Assembly: GCA_043797705.1 (NCBI GenBank)
Contig: JAZDPJ010000017.1
Span: 1 to 58,572, forward strand
From: an archaeon
GTDB lineage: Archaea; Nanobdellota; Nanobdellia; SCGC-AAA011-G17; GW2011-AR17
DNA: 58,572 nt
Direction: 5' to 3'
Of the stretch, positions 9,155 through 17,757 are shown one piece after another (positions within the stretch are counted from its first letter, which is position 1; every line of letters begins with the position of its first letter). The notes under the pieces were generated by a model. That model ran no database searches. It saw nothing but the letters and a program-made list of their open reading frames with translations, and was not told the origin of the DNA. The position numbers were made by a program, and so were the translations under genes.

Positions 9155-9613
9155 TTACTTTTTTTCTTTCTTAACTAAATTATGAGTATAACCCCCAGAT
9201 TTCACATGCCTATCAGCAAAAAAATAAACACCAAAAGCAAACAACACCAAAAGCAAACCAACAACCACAGAATTACGGTTATAATCAGACATCGGCTCCT
9301 CAACATGAGCCCTTACGCTACTTACAAGCGCAGTCTCAATAACCTCTGGAGAAGGAGGGTTCAAATTGCTAAACTGCTGCTTCTCCTCCATAGAAACCTT
9401 AGAAATACCATTACAAACACTAAACTTCCCGCAAACACCATAATTCTCATTATAAAACTTACAACAAACATTACTATCACTACACTCAGAATCAGCGACA
9501 CAAATATCATCAATCCTATCCCAAGAATACATACCGGTTATGCCGTCACATACAAATAACCCGCCAAGAGCAAGAAATAATAAACAAATAATCGATATAA
9601 TCCTCTTTTCCAT
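9155..9613 (-). CDS. Cys-rich surface protein with C-terminal membrane anchor, unknown function
   Basis: 152 aa with an N-terminal signal/anchor (IISIICLLFLALGGLFV), a Cys-rich module (CVADSECSDSNVCCKFYNENYGVCGKFSVC) and a C-terminal TM segment (VVVGLLLVLFAFGVYFF). Confidence 0.55.
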   Translation of the reverse strand: MEKRIISIICLLFLALGGLFVCDGITGMYSWDRIDDICVADSECSDSNVCCKFYNENYGVCGKFSVCNGISKVSMEEKQQFSNLNPPSPEVIETALVSSVRAHVEEPMSDYNRNSVVVGLLLVLFAFGVYFFADRHVKSGGYTHNLVKKEKK

Positions 9614-9639
9614 TAATTAACAATAACACTGTTAGGTAT

Positions 9640-9852
9640 TTAAACTTTTTTACTCAATTCAGAATTAAGATCTTCCAACAGCTTCTTAAGATCCAAACCA
9701 TGCGCATTGGCAGCATCCTCTAAATTCTCAAAATGAGCAGCAGCACAACCAAGACAATGCAAACCATGCTCAAAAAAAACCTCAGCCGTGCCAGGATACT
9801 TCCTTAAAATATCTGATATAGTCATATCTTTTGTAATCTTATCTTTTACCAT
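9640..9852 (-). CDS. DUF1858-like small redox-disulfide protein
   Basis: 70 aa. ISDILRKYPGTAEVFFEHGLHCLGCAAAHFENLEDAANAHGLD matches the small hybrid-cluster-associated redox disulfide pattern recalled from memory. Confidence 0.65.
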   Translation of the reverse strand: MVKDKITKDMTISDILRKYPGTAEVFFEHGLHCLGCAAAHFENLEDAANAHGLDLKKLLEDLNSELSKKV

Positions 9853-9861
9853 TTTTTCCCC

Positions 9862-10059
9862 TTAATCAGACAAATCCTCAATCATTATGCACTGAACCGG
9901 ACAAGCATCAGCAGCCTCTTGATTGCAGCTCACATCCTTAACCTTTGTACTTTTGGGCACACCTTTATCCTCTTTCATCACCCAATTCTCAGGACAAACA
10001 GCTGCACAAGAACCACAACCAATGCAAGCATCGAGATCTTGTATTATTCTACATGCCAT
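9862..10059 (-). CDS. 4Fe-4S ferredoxin
   Basis: Start moved to the ATG at 10059 (MACRII...). Contains CIGCGSCAAVCP plus a distal ACPVQC motif. Confidence 0.75.
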   Translation of the reverse strand: MACRIIQDLDACIGCGSCAAVCPENWVMKEDKGVPKSTKVKDVSCNQEAADACPVQCIMIEDLSD

Positions 10060-10158
10060 AAACCTGCTAAAAATCCATTGTTTTATAAAGTTTTCGCACC
10101 AAACTTGGTGTTTCCACAAGAGATAACCTTATTAATCATAAAACAAATAATAAGCCAA

Positions 10159-10614
10159 ATGAGCAGGCAAAGAATAAGAGCATTCGTATTCTTAAAAAGC
10201 CACGGCTGGGCAATCATACTAGCAATTATCGCCATTGTTGTGCTAGGCTATCTTGGCATACTCAACCTCAGATCATACCTTCCTGAAACATGCACAATCG
10301 CGCCAACACTCACCTGTGAAGTATCAAAATTACTATCAGACGGCATAGCAGTATTAACAATCAAAAATGAAGGCGATGCTACAATCAACAACATCAACAT
10401 AAAAATAGGGAATGTTGAAGGAGAGTGCAAACCAAACGAAAACATTGCAGCCAGAGATGAAACAACCTGCACAATAAACGTAGCAACAGGCGCAACAGGA
10501 AATAGGTTCTCTGACACAATAACCTTCGTGTATACTGAAGAAGGAAACACACTAATCCACAAACAAATAGGTGAGATATTAGCAATATACGGCGAACCAG
10601 AGCTCCCATTCTAA
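10159..10614 (+). CDS. Pilin-like protein (possible class III signal peptide)
   Basis: Start moved to the ATG at 10159, because the upstream part of the track ORF is antisense to the ferredoxin gene. MSRQRIRAFVFLKSHG/WAIILAIIAIVVLGYLG is followed by a beta-rich Thr/Asn-rich domain. Confidence 0.5.
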   Translation: MSRQRIRAFVFLKSHGWAIILAIIAIVVLGYLGILNLRSYLPETCTIAPTLTCEVSKLLSDGIAVLTIKNEGDATINNINIKIGNVEGECKPNENIAARDETTCTINVATGATGNRFSDTITFVYTEEGNTLIHKQIGEILAIYGEPELPF

Positions 10615-10652
10615 GAAATATTTAAATATGCTACTTGATTATTCCCTAATAA

Positions 10653-11855
10653 ATGGCCAATAAACAGGAAAAAGCCTTAACAGACACAAAATTAACTCCT
10701 GAAAAAATAAAAGAATTGGCATATACCAAGTTTTGTAAACTAGGATTAAGCGCACCATCTTCTAGATTCATCTCAAAAAAAGTTAATGAAGAGATTTTTT
10801 CTTTAATACCCCGAGATGTAAAAACATATCTTGATAAGTATGTAATTTCCCAAGACCAAGCAAAAAAAGACATCGCAGTCGCAGTCGCATATCACTACAG
10901 CCGCATCTCAAATAAAACACTTGCAAATAAAAAAAATGTGAAAAAAAACAATATCCTCATGATAGGACCAACTGGCGTAGGCAAAACATACATCCTACAA
11001 ATATTATCTAAAATTCTGAAAGTCCCATTCATCGAAGTTGATATAACAAAATACACGCAAACTGGCTATGTGGGAAACAGCATTGATGACCTGCTAAAAT
11101 ATGTACTCACACAATCAGGAGAGAATCTGGAACAAGCACAAAAAGCAATAGTTTACCTTGATGAATCTGATAAACTTCAAGAACAAAAATCAGCTAGCGA
11201 AGGCAAAGACATAAACGGCTACGCAATACAAACTGAGCTCTTGAAAATCCTAGAGGGCACAACCGTACCATTAAGTTACCAGCAAAGGAGTAAAATCATC
11301 TCAATGGACACGAGAAACATACTTTTCGTCTGCTCAGGAGCCTTCCCTAAACTTGAAGACATAGTCAAAACTGTTCTTACCGGACAAAAAACAATAGGCT
11401 TCAGCAGCCCTTCCTCAGTAAATTACAAAGATACAGAACTATTGCTTAAAGCACCTAAAGAGAAACTTGTCGAGGGAATAATCAAATATGGATTTCTCCC
11501 AGAATTCATCGGAAGATTGCCAGTCATCACAGTTTTATCTCCACTAACACAAAAAGAACTCAAAAGAATACTCGTAGAATCAGAAGATTCAATAATAAAC
11601 CACTACAAAGATGAATTGAAATCCCACGAAATAGAATTAGAATTCACAGATGAAGCTCTTGACTTAATCGCAGAAAAGGCTGGTTGCTACAAAACAGGAG
11701 CCAGAGCACTACACACAGTATGCGAAGATTTGCTCCAAGACTATAAATACGAATTGCCAAGCTTAAAAATAAAAAAAGTAACAATAACCGGTGCTGTTGT
11801 TAAAAGTCCTAAAGAAGAACTACGGAGGATGATTGAGAATAATGGACAAAAATAA
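10653..11855 (+). CDS. clpX: ClpX-like AAA+ unfoldase lacking the N-terminal zinc-binding domain
   Basis: 400 aa with Walker A GPTGVGKT, pore-1 GYVG, Walker B IVYLDESDK, the IGF docking tripeptide (KTIGFSS) and GARAL sensor-2. There is no C4 zinc finger in the first ~60 aa. Confidence 0.85.
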   Translation: MANKQEKALTDTKLTPEKIKELAYTKFCKLGLSAPSSRFISKKVNEEIFSLIPRDVKTYLDKYVISQDQAKKDIAVAVAYHYSRISNKTLANKKNVKKNNILMIGPTGVGKTYILQILSKILKVPFIEVDITKYTQTGYVGNSIDDLLKYVLTQSGENLEQAQKAIVYLDESDKLQEQKSASEGKDINGYAIQTELLKILEGTTVPLSYQQRSKIISMDTRNILFVCSGAFPKLEDIVKTVLTGQKTIGFSSPSSVNYKDTELLLKAPKEKLVEGIIKYGFLPEFIGRLPVITVLSPLTQKELKRILVESEDSIINHYKDELKSHEIELEFTDEALDLIAEKAGCYKTGARALHTVCEDLLQDYKYELPSLKIKKVTITGAVVKSPKEELRRMIENNGQK

Positions 11856-12405
11856 TATTGGGATGTACGAAATTGCCTATGCAAATGTGGCGAACTATCT
11901 GCAAAGGGAATTAAATGTGCAAAAACAAAAAACAAGGACTCTTAGGAATACCCCCTTAGATTTAATGCTATCACATCTCGGTATTGAAAACTCTCGAATT
12001 TACTTTTTAGACCCACTAAGAGTCGAAATCGAGGAGGATATAGCCTACTGGGGAATGTTATCCTTAACTCCAAATTATAAGAACATTTTTGGAGCAGTAT
12101 TCCATTACCCCCTAAATACTGAAACTAAAATAGAAATCATATGCGGACTGGTTTTGGGATACGAAAAAATACGCCTGATATTAGGATATGATATTGAAAC
12201 TAAATCAGGAACAGAACCTTATACCTGGACAAGCAACCTAGATTTTACACATGGGGGAATTGAAGGCATACTTGAGCAGGATAGTGATTTAAACCTAGAA
12301 ACAATCTTTGAAGTTCTTCCAGATACCTACAACTTAACAAAAGAATTTTTAGAAATTGTAAATGCAGAGATTATAAATTATAGCGCCGAGGATATTTTCA
12401 CTTAA
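11842..12405 (+). CDS. Hypothetical protein coupled to clpX-like gene
   Basis: ATG at 11842 (the track start 11833 is TTG) with GGAGGA 12 nt upstream. Overlaps the clpX 3' end by 14 nt. 187 aa, no recognised motif. Confidence 0.5.
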   Translation: MDKNNIGMYEIAYANVANYLQRELNVQKQKTRTLRNTPLDLMLSHLGIENSRIYFLDPLRVEIEEDIAYWGMLSLTPNYKNIFGAVFHYPLNTETKIEIICGLVLGYEKIRLILGYDIETKSGTEPYTWTSNLDFTHGGIEGILEQDSDLNLETIFEVLPDTYNLTKEFLEIVNAEIINYSAEDIFT

Positions 12406-12456
12406 AAATTCCTCTTAAAAAAATTTATAAAGCCTAAAAACAATTATTTCTATAAA

Positions 12457-13323
12457 ATGGGCATATTGCGGATTATAGGAAACTTTTTTGCATACATAAT
12501 CATGGCACTTTGCATCACGCTGATATTCCTCTCATTATTCGCCGCAAACGTAATAAAAAACACTGACAACATAGAAAATATAATGATTGAAAACACAAAA
12601 GAGTATATTGCAGAAAATAAAGATGAAGTCAAAGAATTCCTAATGGCAAACCAAGATTCAGAACAATTGCAAGCAATAAACAAAGAGCAGCTCACGCAAT
12701 TATGTGCAATGCCTGATCCGCCAATATCCCAAGATCTCTGCACTAACCTCGACTCCCTAACAGAACAAGAAGCAAAAAATCAAGTCATAAGCGACATCAT
12801 AGACAATCAGCTTTCGGACGGAACCCTAGATGCGCAACTAGAAAAAATCAGTAAAGAATCCAATGGACAAATAAAAGAATTCATGGACCCGTTCAAAAAA
12901 CAATTCGGAAACCCAAATAAATTTGTTATAATAGGCATAGTAGGATATTTATTAGTAGCAGGACTCATATTCGTTTTAAACAGATTCAATGTAAAATTGT
13001 CCTTATACAAAATTGGCAGAAACACTTTCTTTGTTGCTTTAGCATTTATAATAACATTTGGTTACCTATCGATAATAACTCCTGAATATATACAAGAACT
13101 GCTAACAAAAGTCTCAAGCAGCCCAGAACTTATGGAAGTACCTGCATTTATGGTTAGTTTGATAATCACAATCGCACTCGATATACTTAAAGCATCAACA
13201 AGTTCCCTTCTTATAACAGCAATAGTTATGGGAGTACTATCTCTAGCATTATCCATAATAATGAGAGTATTAATAAAAAAAGACATAACATCCTCTTCAA
13301 GTAAACCATCTACCAAAAAATAA
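12457..13323 (+). CDS. Polytopic membrane protein, unknown function
   Basis: 288 aa with an N-terminal TM segment, a long polar loop and several C-terminal hydrophobic helices. Native-like A/C third positions. Confidence 0.6.
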   Translation: MGILRIIGNFFAYIIMALCITLIFLSLFAANVIKNTDNIENIMIENTKEYIAENKDEVKEFLMANQDSEQLQAINKEQLTQLCAMPDPPISQDLCTNLDSLTEQEAKNQVISDIIDNQLSDGTLDAQLEKISKESNGQIKEFMDPFKKQFGNPNKFVIIGIVGYLLVAGLIFVLNRFNVKLSLYKIGRNTFFVALAFIITFGYLSIITPEYIQELLTKVSSSPELMEVPAFMVSLIITIALDILKASTSSLLITAIVMGVLSLALSIIMRVLIKKDITSSSSKPSTKK

Positions 13324-13371
13324 GCCCCTGAATACAAAAATCTTATAAAGAAACTGTAATTATTATAATTT

Positions 13372-13839
13372 ATGACAGAGAAAAAAATTATAGCAAGAAT
13401 GATACTAGAAGTTCTAGGAAGCCCAAAAGAGCATGTTGAAGAAACCATAAAACAAGTAATAAAAAAACTTGAAGAAGAAAAAAATATCAAACTCATAAGC
13501 CAAAAAACATATGAAACTGAACAACAAGAAGACAGCAAGCTATGGTCAACATTCTCCGAAATAGAGTTCCAATCAGAAAACATAAAAAAACTAATGGACC
13601 TCTGCTTTGACTACATGCCCTCAAGTGTGGAAATAATTGAACCAGCAGGAATGGAACTTGATTCAAGTGATGTAGCTGAACTACTCAACGACTTATTAGC
13701 AAAACTCCATAGGTACGATATGGTACTAAAAAATCTGCACGCACAAAATCTGGTCATGAAACATGACATAGAGCTTATCAAGAAAGCAGCAAAACAGGCA
13801 GTAGAGAAAAAGAGGCAAAACGAAAAAAAATCAGCATAA
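13372..13839 (+). CDS. Hypothetical acidic protein
   Basis: 155-aa ORF with an ATG start and native-like codon pattern. No recognised motif. Confidence 0.5.
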   Translation: MTEKKIIARMILEVLGSPKEHVEETIKQVIKKLEEEKNIKLISQKTYETEQQEDSKLWSTFSEIEFQSENIKKLMDLCFDYMPSSVEIIEPAGMELDSSDVAELLNDLLAKLHRYDMVLKNLHAQNLVMKHDIELIKKAAKQAVEKKRQNEKKSA

Positions 13840-14364
13840 TTTCTTTTTTACTATGCCCAAGACTCTCTTCTTAACCTCTTCTAAAGAAAGATTTGTAGTA
13901 TCGATAACATAATCAAACTGCGCAGTATCATAGCAATTAAGATTATAATATTGCCCATACCTCTTGCAATCATTATCAACACGTTCCCTCAATTTATCAT
14001 AAGTTTCCTCAGGAGAATCGCCCTTATCCTCAGTAGTCCTTGAAGTCTTGAAAATCCTTTCAGCAGCAACCCGCAAGTCACAATCAAAGTAAATCTTAAA
14101 AGAATCAGGTATAAAATGATAACTTAAACGACCTTCAATCACAAACTTATCTTTCTCTGCCCCTAACCTTTTCTGAAAATCATCAACTTCCTGGTCAGTA
14201 TTCTCATTAAGCTGATTGAACTCATTTATAGTCATCCCTCTCTTTGCAGCAAGATCTCTACGAATGCTCCCAATAGAATAAAACTGATAACCCAACTTAC
14301 CGGCAAGAAACTTGCCAACTACAGACTTACCAGAACCAGGCATGCCACCAATTGTTATTTTCAT
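13831..14364 (-). CDS. cmk: Archaeal-type cytidylate kinase
   Basis: 177 aa with P-loop GMPGSGKS. The layout (SIGSIRRDLAAKRGMTINEF ... VIEGRL ... LRVAAERI) resembles COG1102-type CMP kinases. Confidence 0.7.
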   Translation of the reverse strand: MKITIGGMPGSGKSVVGKFLAGKLGYQFYSIGSIRRDLAAKRGMTINEFNQLNENTDQEVDDFQKRLGAEKDKFVIEGRLSYHFIPDSFKIYFDCDLRVAAERIFKTSRTTEDKGDSPEETYDKLRERVDNDCKRYGQYYNLNCYDTAQFDYVIDTTNLSLEEVKKRVLGIVKKKLC

Positions 14365-14441
14365 TATAGTAAACTATCCCCCATCATATAAAAGCTTTAT
14401 GTAAGAGTAAGCTATTTATAGGTTGGGCATATAATAACTGT

Positions 14442-15137
14442 ATGAAAAGAGGGCAGGCAACATTATTTATCATACTGGGCATAATACTTGTCGCACTCAT
14501 AGTTTTGATTGCATTCTATAAAGATCAATTCTCAGAAAGCCTACAAAAAACAGGACTAATAAAAAAAGAAGCACTAGACACTGAAGCCGAGAAAATAACA
14601 CAAGAAATAAACAACTGCCTAGAAGACCTTACAGGAGAAGCAATACTATATGTTGCATCCAATAATGAAGGGCTTCCCGAGTTGAAATCTATTGAAAATA
14701 GTGTCTCTGACTACATAAATCAGATGATACCTTTTTGTATCCTTAATAATAAATTTAATACACAAGTAGAAGCAGTAGGAAAAGCAAAAACATCAACAGA
14801 AATAACAAATAATATAATTAAAATAAGAGTAAACTACCCAGTAGCCGTAATCCTTGAAGACAGCTCAACAACAATAACCAACTTCAACGCTGGAAAAGAT
14901 ACCAGAATAGGATTAATACACGAATTAGCAAAAGAAATAGAAGCCCTGCATAAAGAACAACCTGGAATCTGCCTTAGCTGCCTATTTGAAATAGGATCCA
15001 AAAATAACCTAAAAATTGATGTTTACAACCCTGAAAACACACAAGAAGCCCATTTTGTAATGACAGACGAAGAAAATCTAATAAATAACAGACCTCTAAT
15101 CTTCACATTCATAATAAAACTTGAGGAAACAATATGA
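14442..15137 (+). CDS. Type IV pilin-like protein (class III signal peptide)
   Basis: 231 aa with MKRG/QATLFIILGIILVALIVLIAF. Its stop overlaps the next ATG (ATGA). Confidence 0.6.
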   Translation: MKRGQATLFIILGIILVALIVLIAFYKDQFSESLQKTGLIKKEALDTEAEKITQEINNCLEDLTGEAILYVASNNEGLPELKSIENSVSDYINQMIPFCILNNKFNTQVEAVGKAKTSTEITNNIIKIRVNYPVAVILEDSSTTITNFNAGKDTRIGLIHELAKEIEALHKEQPGICLSCLFEIGSKNNLKIDVYNPENTQEAHFVMTDEENLINNRPLIFTFIIKLEETI

Positions 15138-17221
15138 AAAAATTACTGATACTGCTAATGATGGTCATCCTGGCAATCTCAGTAGCCGCTGAAAAACAAA
15201 CAATAACTATAGGAAAATACACTGTAGAAGGGGAAGATTTAGTCTCCTTTTCAAATGAAAACAGAGAAGTAGCATCAATAAAACTATCATTAGAAGAATG
15301 GGCAACAATAACATGGAAACCAGACCCAAAAGAAGATAAGTTCTGCCTAAATGATTGTTCATTAAAGGAAGAGAAAGAATGCACCTGCAAACTTTTCATG
15401 TACGGACTTTCTTGCATACTAACTACTGACGGAACATGTGAAGGGGTAGCTGACGGTGAAGTAGACATCTCTGTTAGATTTAACGATATAGAAGAAACAG
15501 AAAAAAAATATGACTTCTCTTCATTCACAAAACTAAATTATGACATAGTAACACGTGAATTTACCATCAAATCAAAAGAATTTGAATACCTAGGACGCAC
15601 TATTACCTCTGAAAAACCAATAAAACTGTACGGAGATATGGTCTTAGGGGATTTTAAAATAAGCAATGAACAAGGTCTGCTACAAGTTACTTCCCAAAAA
15701 GGAACACTAGCAGAAACACATATCCTCCCTGATAGGATACTTGCAAGTAAAAATACGAATGTTAGATATGAACCCCCAATATTATTTGAATTTGATGGTG
15801 AAATCCAAGATGTAGGAATACAATTTGAAGGAAGAAAAGACAGTTATGAAATCTGCCTCAATGAAGAAAATTGCAACGCAATTGGAAGCCATGTCATTAT
15901 AGATGAGTTTAAACAATTGTTTTATGCAGAAGGCAAATCAGATGGAGGACCTAAGATACTATTCGGTTCAGGTTCAAGATTCCTTAGGTCTAACTCCGCT
16001 GACACTAAATTTGAAGTAAACAACCTTGAAGACTCATCCCTGAAAATAACATTAGATGATGTAATCCCTGAAATAGATATAAAGGTCTCCTCAGACAAAA
16101 AATCTAACAACCTAAATCCTCCTGTAAGTTTCATAAACGGCAATTCCAATTTCCTGTTATACTCTGACGGCCTTTTCACCAATAGCACAAAAGGGGAAGG
16201 AGCAGAAAGCGCAGTGGTAACCCTAATGCTAACTGACAAAGATGATAAACCAATTATCAAAGAGTATTCTAAACCTGCAAAAATAGTTTTCTCTAATGAA
16301 AATCAGTTTAAAATAGTATCATCCACAGAGGATTCAGTAGTCACTTACAGCAGAATACTAGCCGAAAGTCCTATCTTTAAAAAAATACCCAAACTGCAGT
16401 CTATAAACGGATTCAGCGTAGATGAAACAAAACTGCTAATAAACTACTTTGAAAACTTGCCTAATACCTTAACCTCCAATCTAAAGAACATAAACTTGCT
16501 CTCACCAGAGCAGATAAGCAAAGTATGCGAAAGCCAGACCACAAGACAGTTAATATTCACCATTGCGGGATGTGCAGATGCCTTAGGCAACATAAATTTG
16601 AACAAAGACATATTCAACAACAATATCATTGCACATGAGCTTACCCATATCTACCTACGTGAAGTACAATCAAAAAACCCTGAAACAGTCAATCTGAGAG
16701 CAGAACTAAGCCAAGCCCAGATAGACTTATACAACCTACAGCTTACAGAAGGAATCGGATATGGCGCAGGTGCAAGCCATGAATATGAAGAGCTATCCAG
16801 TAAAATAGAAAAGCTTGATGCTGAATATACGGAAAAAATTGCCGATGAATCAATAATCAAGAAGTGGCTTGCCACAAATACTGCTGATGTGATGAAAAGC
16901 GGGTGCAAACTGGACTACTGCAGAGACAGAATAACAACCACCCCAAAAGGAAGGGTTGTCTGGGCAGACACAAAAACTACGGAACCGCGATATGGAGTAG
17001 TCTCCCCTTACAGTTGCATGAACTGCGAAGAAGACCTTGCTGAATTCGTCCAGTACTCTAACTTAAACCCAGATGGAATAATGATTGCAGTCAAATGCCC
17101 CCCGCCTAATACTTACGCAAAAAAAGCAGAATTACTAAGAGAATACGGACTTATAGACACTATTAAGTACAATATCATGGTTCCAAAAGAAATTAGAGAA
17201 TGTATCAGGGGTGGCGCATGA
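15134..17221 (+). CDS. Large secreted protein with HExxH zincin-like module
   Basis: 695 aa with a signal peptide (LLILLMMVILAISVAA). HELTH lies at 16634..16648, followed by EEDLAEF (17027..17047) and EYGLI (17141..17155). All three motifs are shared with 36014..37234. Confidence 0.65.
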   Translation: MKKLLILLMMVILAISVAAEKQTITIGKYTVEGEDLVSFSNENREVASIKLSLEEWATITWKPDPKEDKFCLNDCSLKEEKECTCKLFMYGLSCILTTDGTCEGVADGEVDISVRFNDIEETEKKYDFSSFTKLNYDIVTREFTIKSKEFEYLGRTITSEKPIKLYGDMVLGDFKISNEQGLLQVTSQKGTLAETHILPDRILASKNTNVRYEPPILFEFDGEIQDVGIQFEGRKDSYEICLNEENCNAIGSHVIIDEFKQLFYAEGKSDGGPKILFGSGSRFLRSNSADTKFEVNNLEDSSLKITLDDVIPEIDIKVSSDKKSNNLNPPVSFINGNSNFLLYSDGLFTNSTKGEGAESAVVTLMLTDKDDKPIIKEYSKPAKIVFSNENQFKIVSSTEDSVVTYSRILAESPIFKKIPKLQSINGFSVDETKLLINYFENLPNTLTSNLKNINLLSPEQISKVCESQTTRQLIFTIAGCADALGNINLNKDIFNNNIIAHELTHIYLREVQSKNPETVNLRAELSQAQIDLYNLQLTEGIGYGAGASHEYEELSSKIEKLDAEYTEKIADESIIKKWLATNTADVMKSGCKLDYCRDRITTTPKGRVVWADTKTTEPRYGVVSPYSCMNCEEDLAEFVQYSNLNPDGIMIAVKCPPPNTYAKKAELLREYGLIDTIKYNIMVPKEIRECIRGGA

Positions 17222-17757
17222 GAAAGATTCTTCTTCTACTGCTTATACTCACAATCCTACCAAGCGCAACAGCTCTGAGCTTATATTACAATATCACTAT
17301 GAACTATGACAATGGTGCTGTATCACTTGTATCAACTTCCGTAGTGCCATTAGAAAGCTATGACTCCGGATATTACCAAACACCAAATGACTATATCGCA
17401 CTTATAACTGACGGAACCTCAGTTTTAGGAATATACCACTTTGATTTCAACCTTTGGCTGAATGTATTTGGAATGACTAACGGACAAATAACAAATTCAC
17501 AAGATGTGACGAGAACGCAGAATGCAATAAGCATATACCTCCCATATACAGAAGATGCAACAACAATAAGCATAACAGATAAAAGATTAAATGACCTATT
17601 TGCAATAAAATTAAAAGAACCTGTAGTCCAAGAAAAAACAACTGTAGAAACACCTGCAACTAAACAAGGTTTGCCGCCAAATTACATTCTAGCAGCACTG
17701 ACAGTGTTGCTTCTAATCATAATATTATGGCTACTTCTCAAAAAGAAAAAAGAATAA
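17218..17757 (+). CDS. Secreted protein with C-terminal membrane anchor
   Basis: ATG at 17218 overlaps the upstream stop (ATGA). Signal peptide MRKILLLLLILTILPSATA, then a C-terminal TM segment plus a KKKKE tail. Confidence 0.55.
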   Translation: MRKILLLLLILTILPSATALSLYYNITMNYDNGAVSLVSTSVVPLESYDSGYYQTPNDYIALITDGTSVLGIYHFDFNLWLNVFGMTNGQITNSQDVTRTQNAISIYLPYTEDATTISITDKRLNDLFAIKLKEPVVQEKTTVETPATKQGLPPNYILAALTVLLLIIILWLLLKKKKE

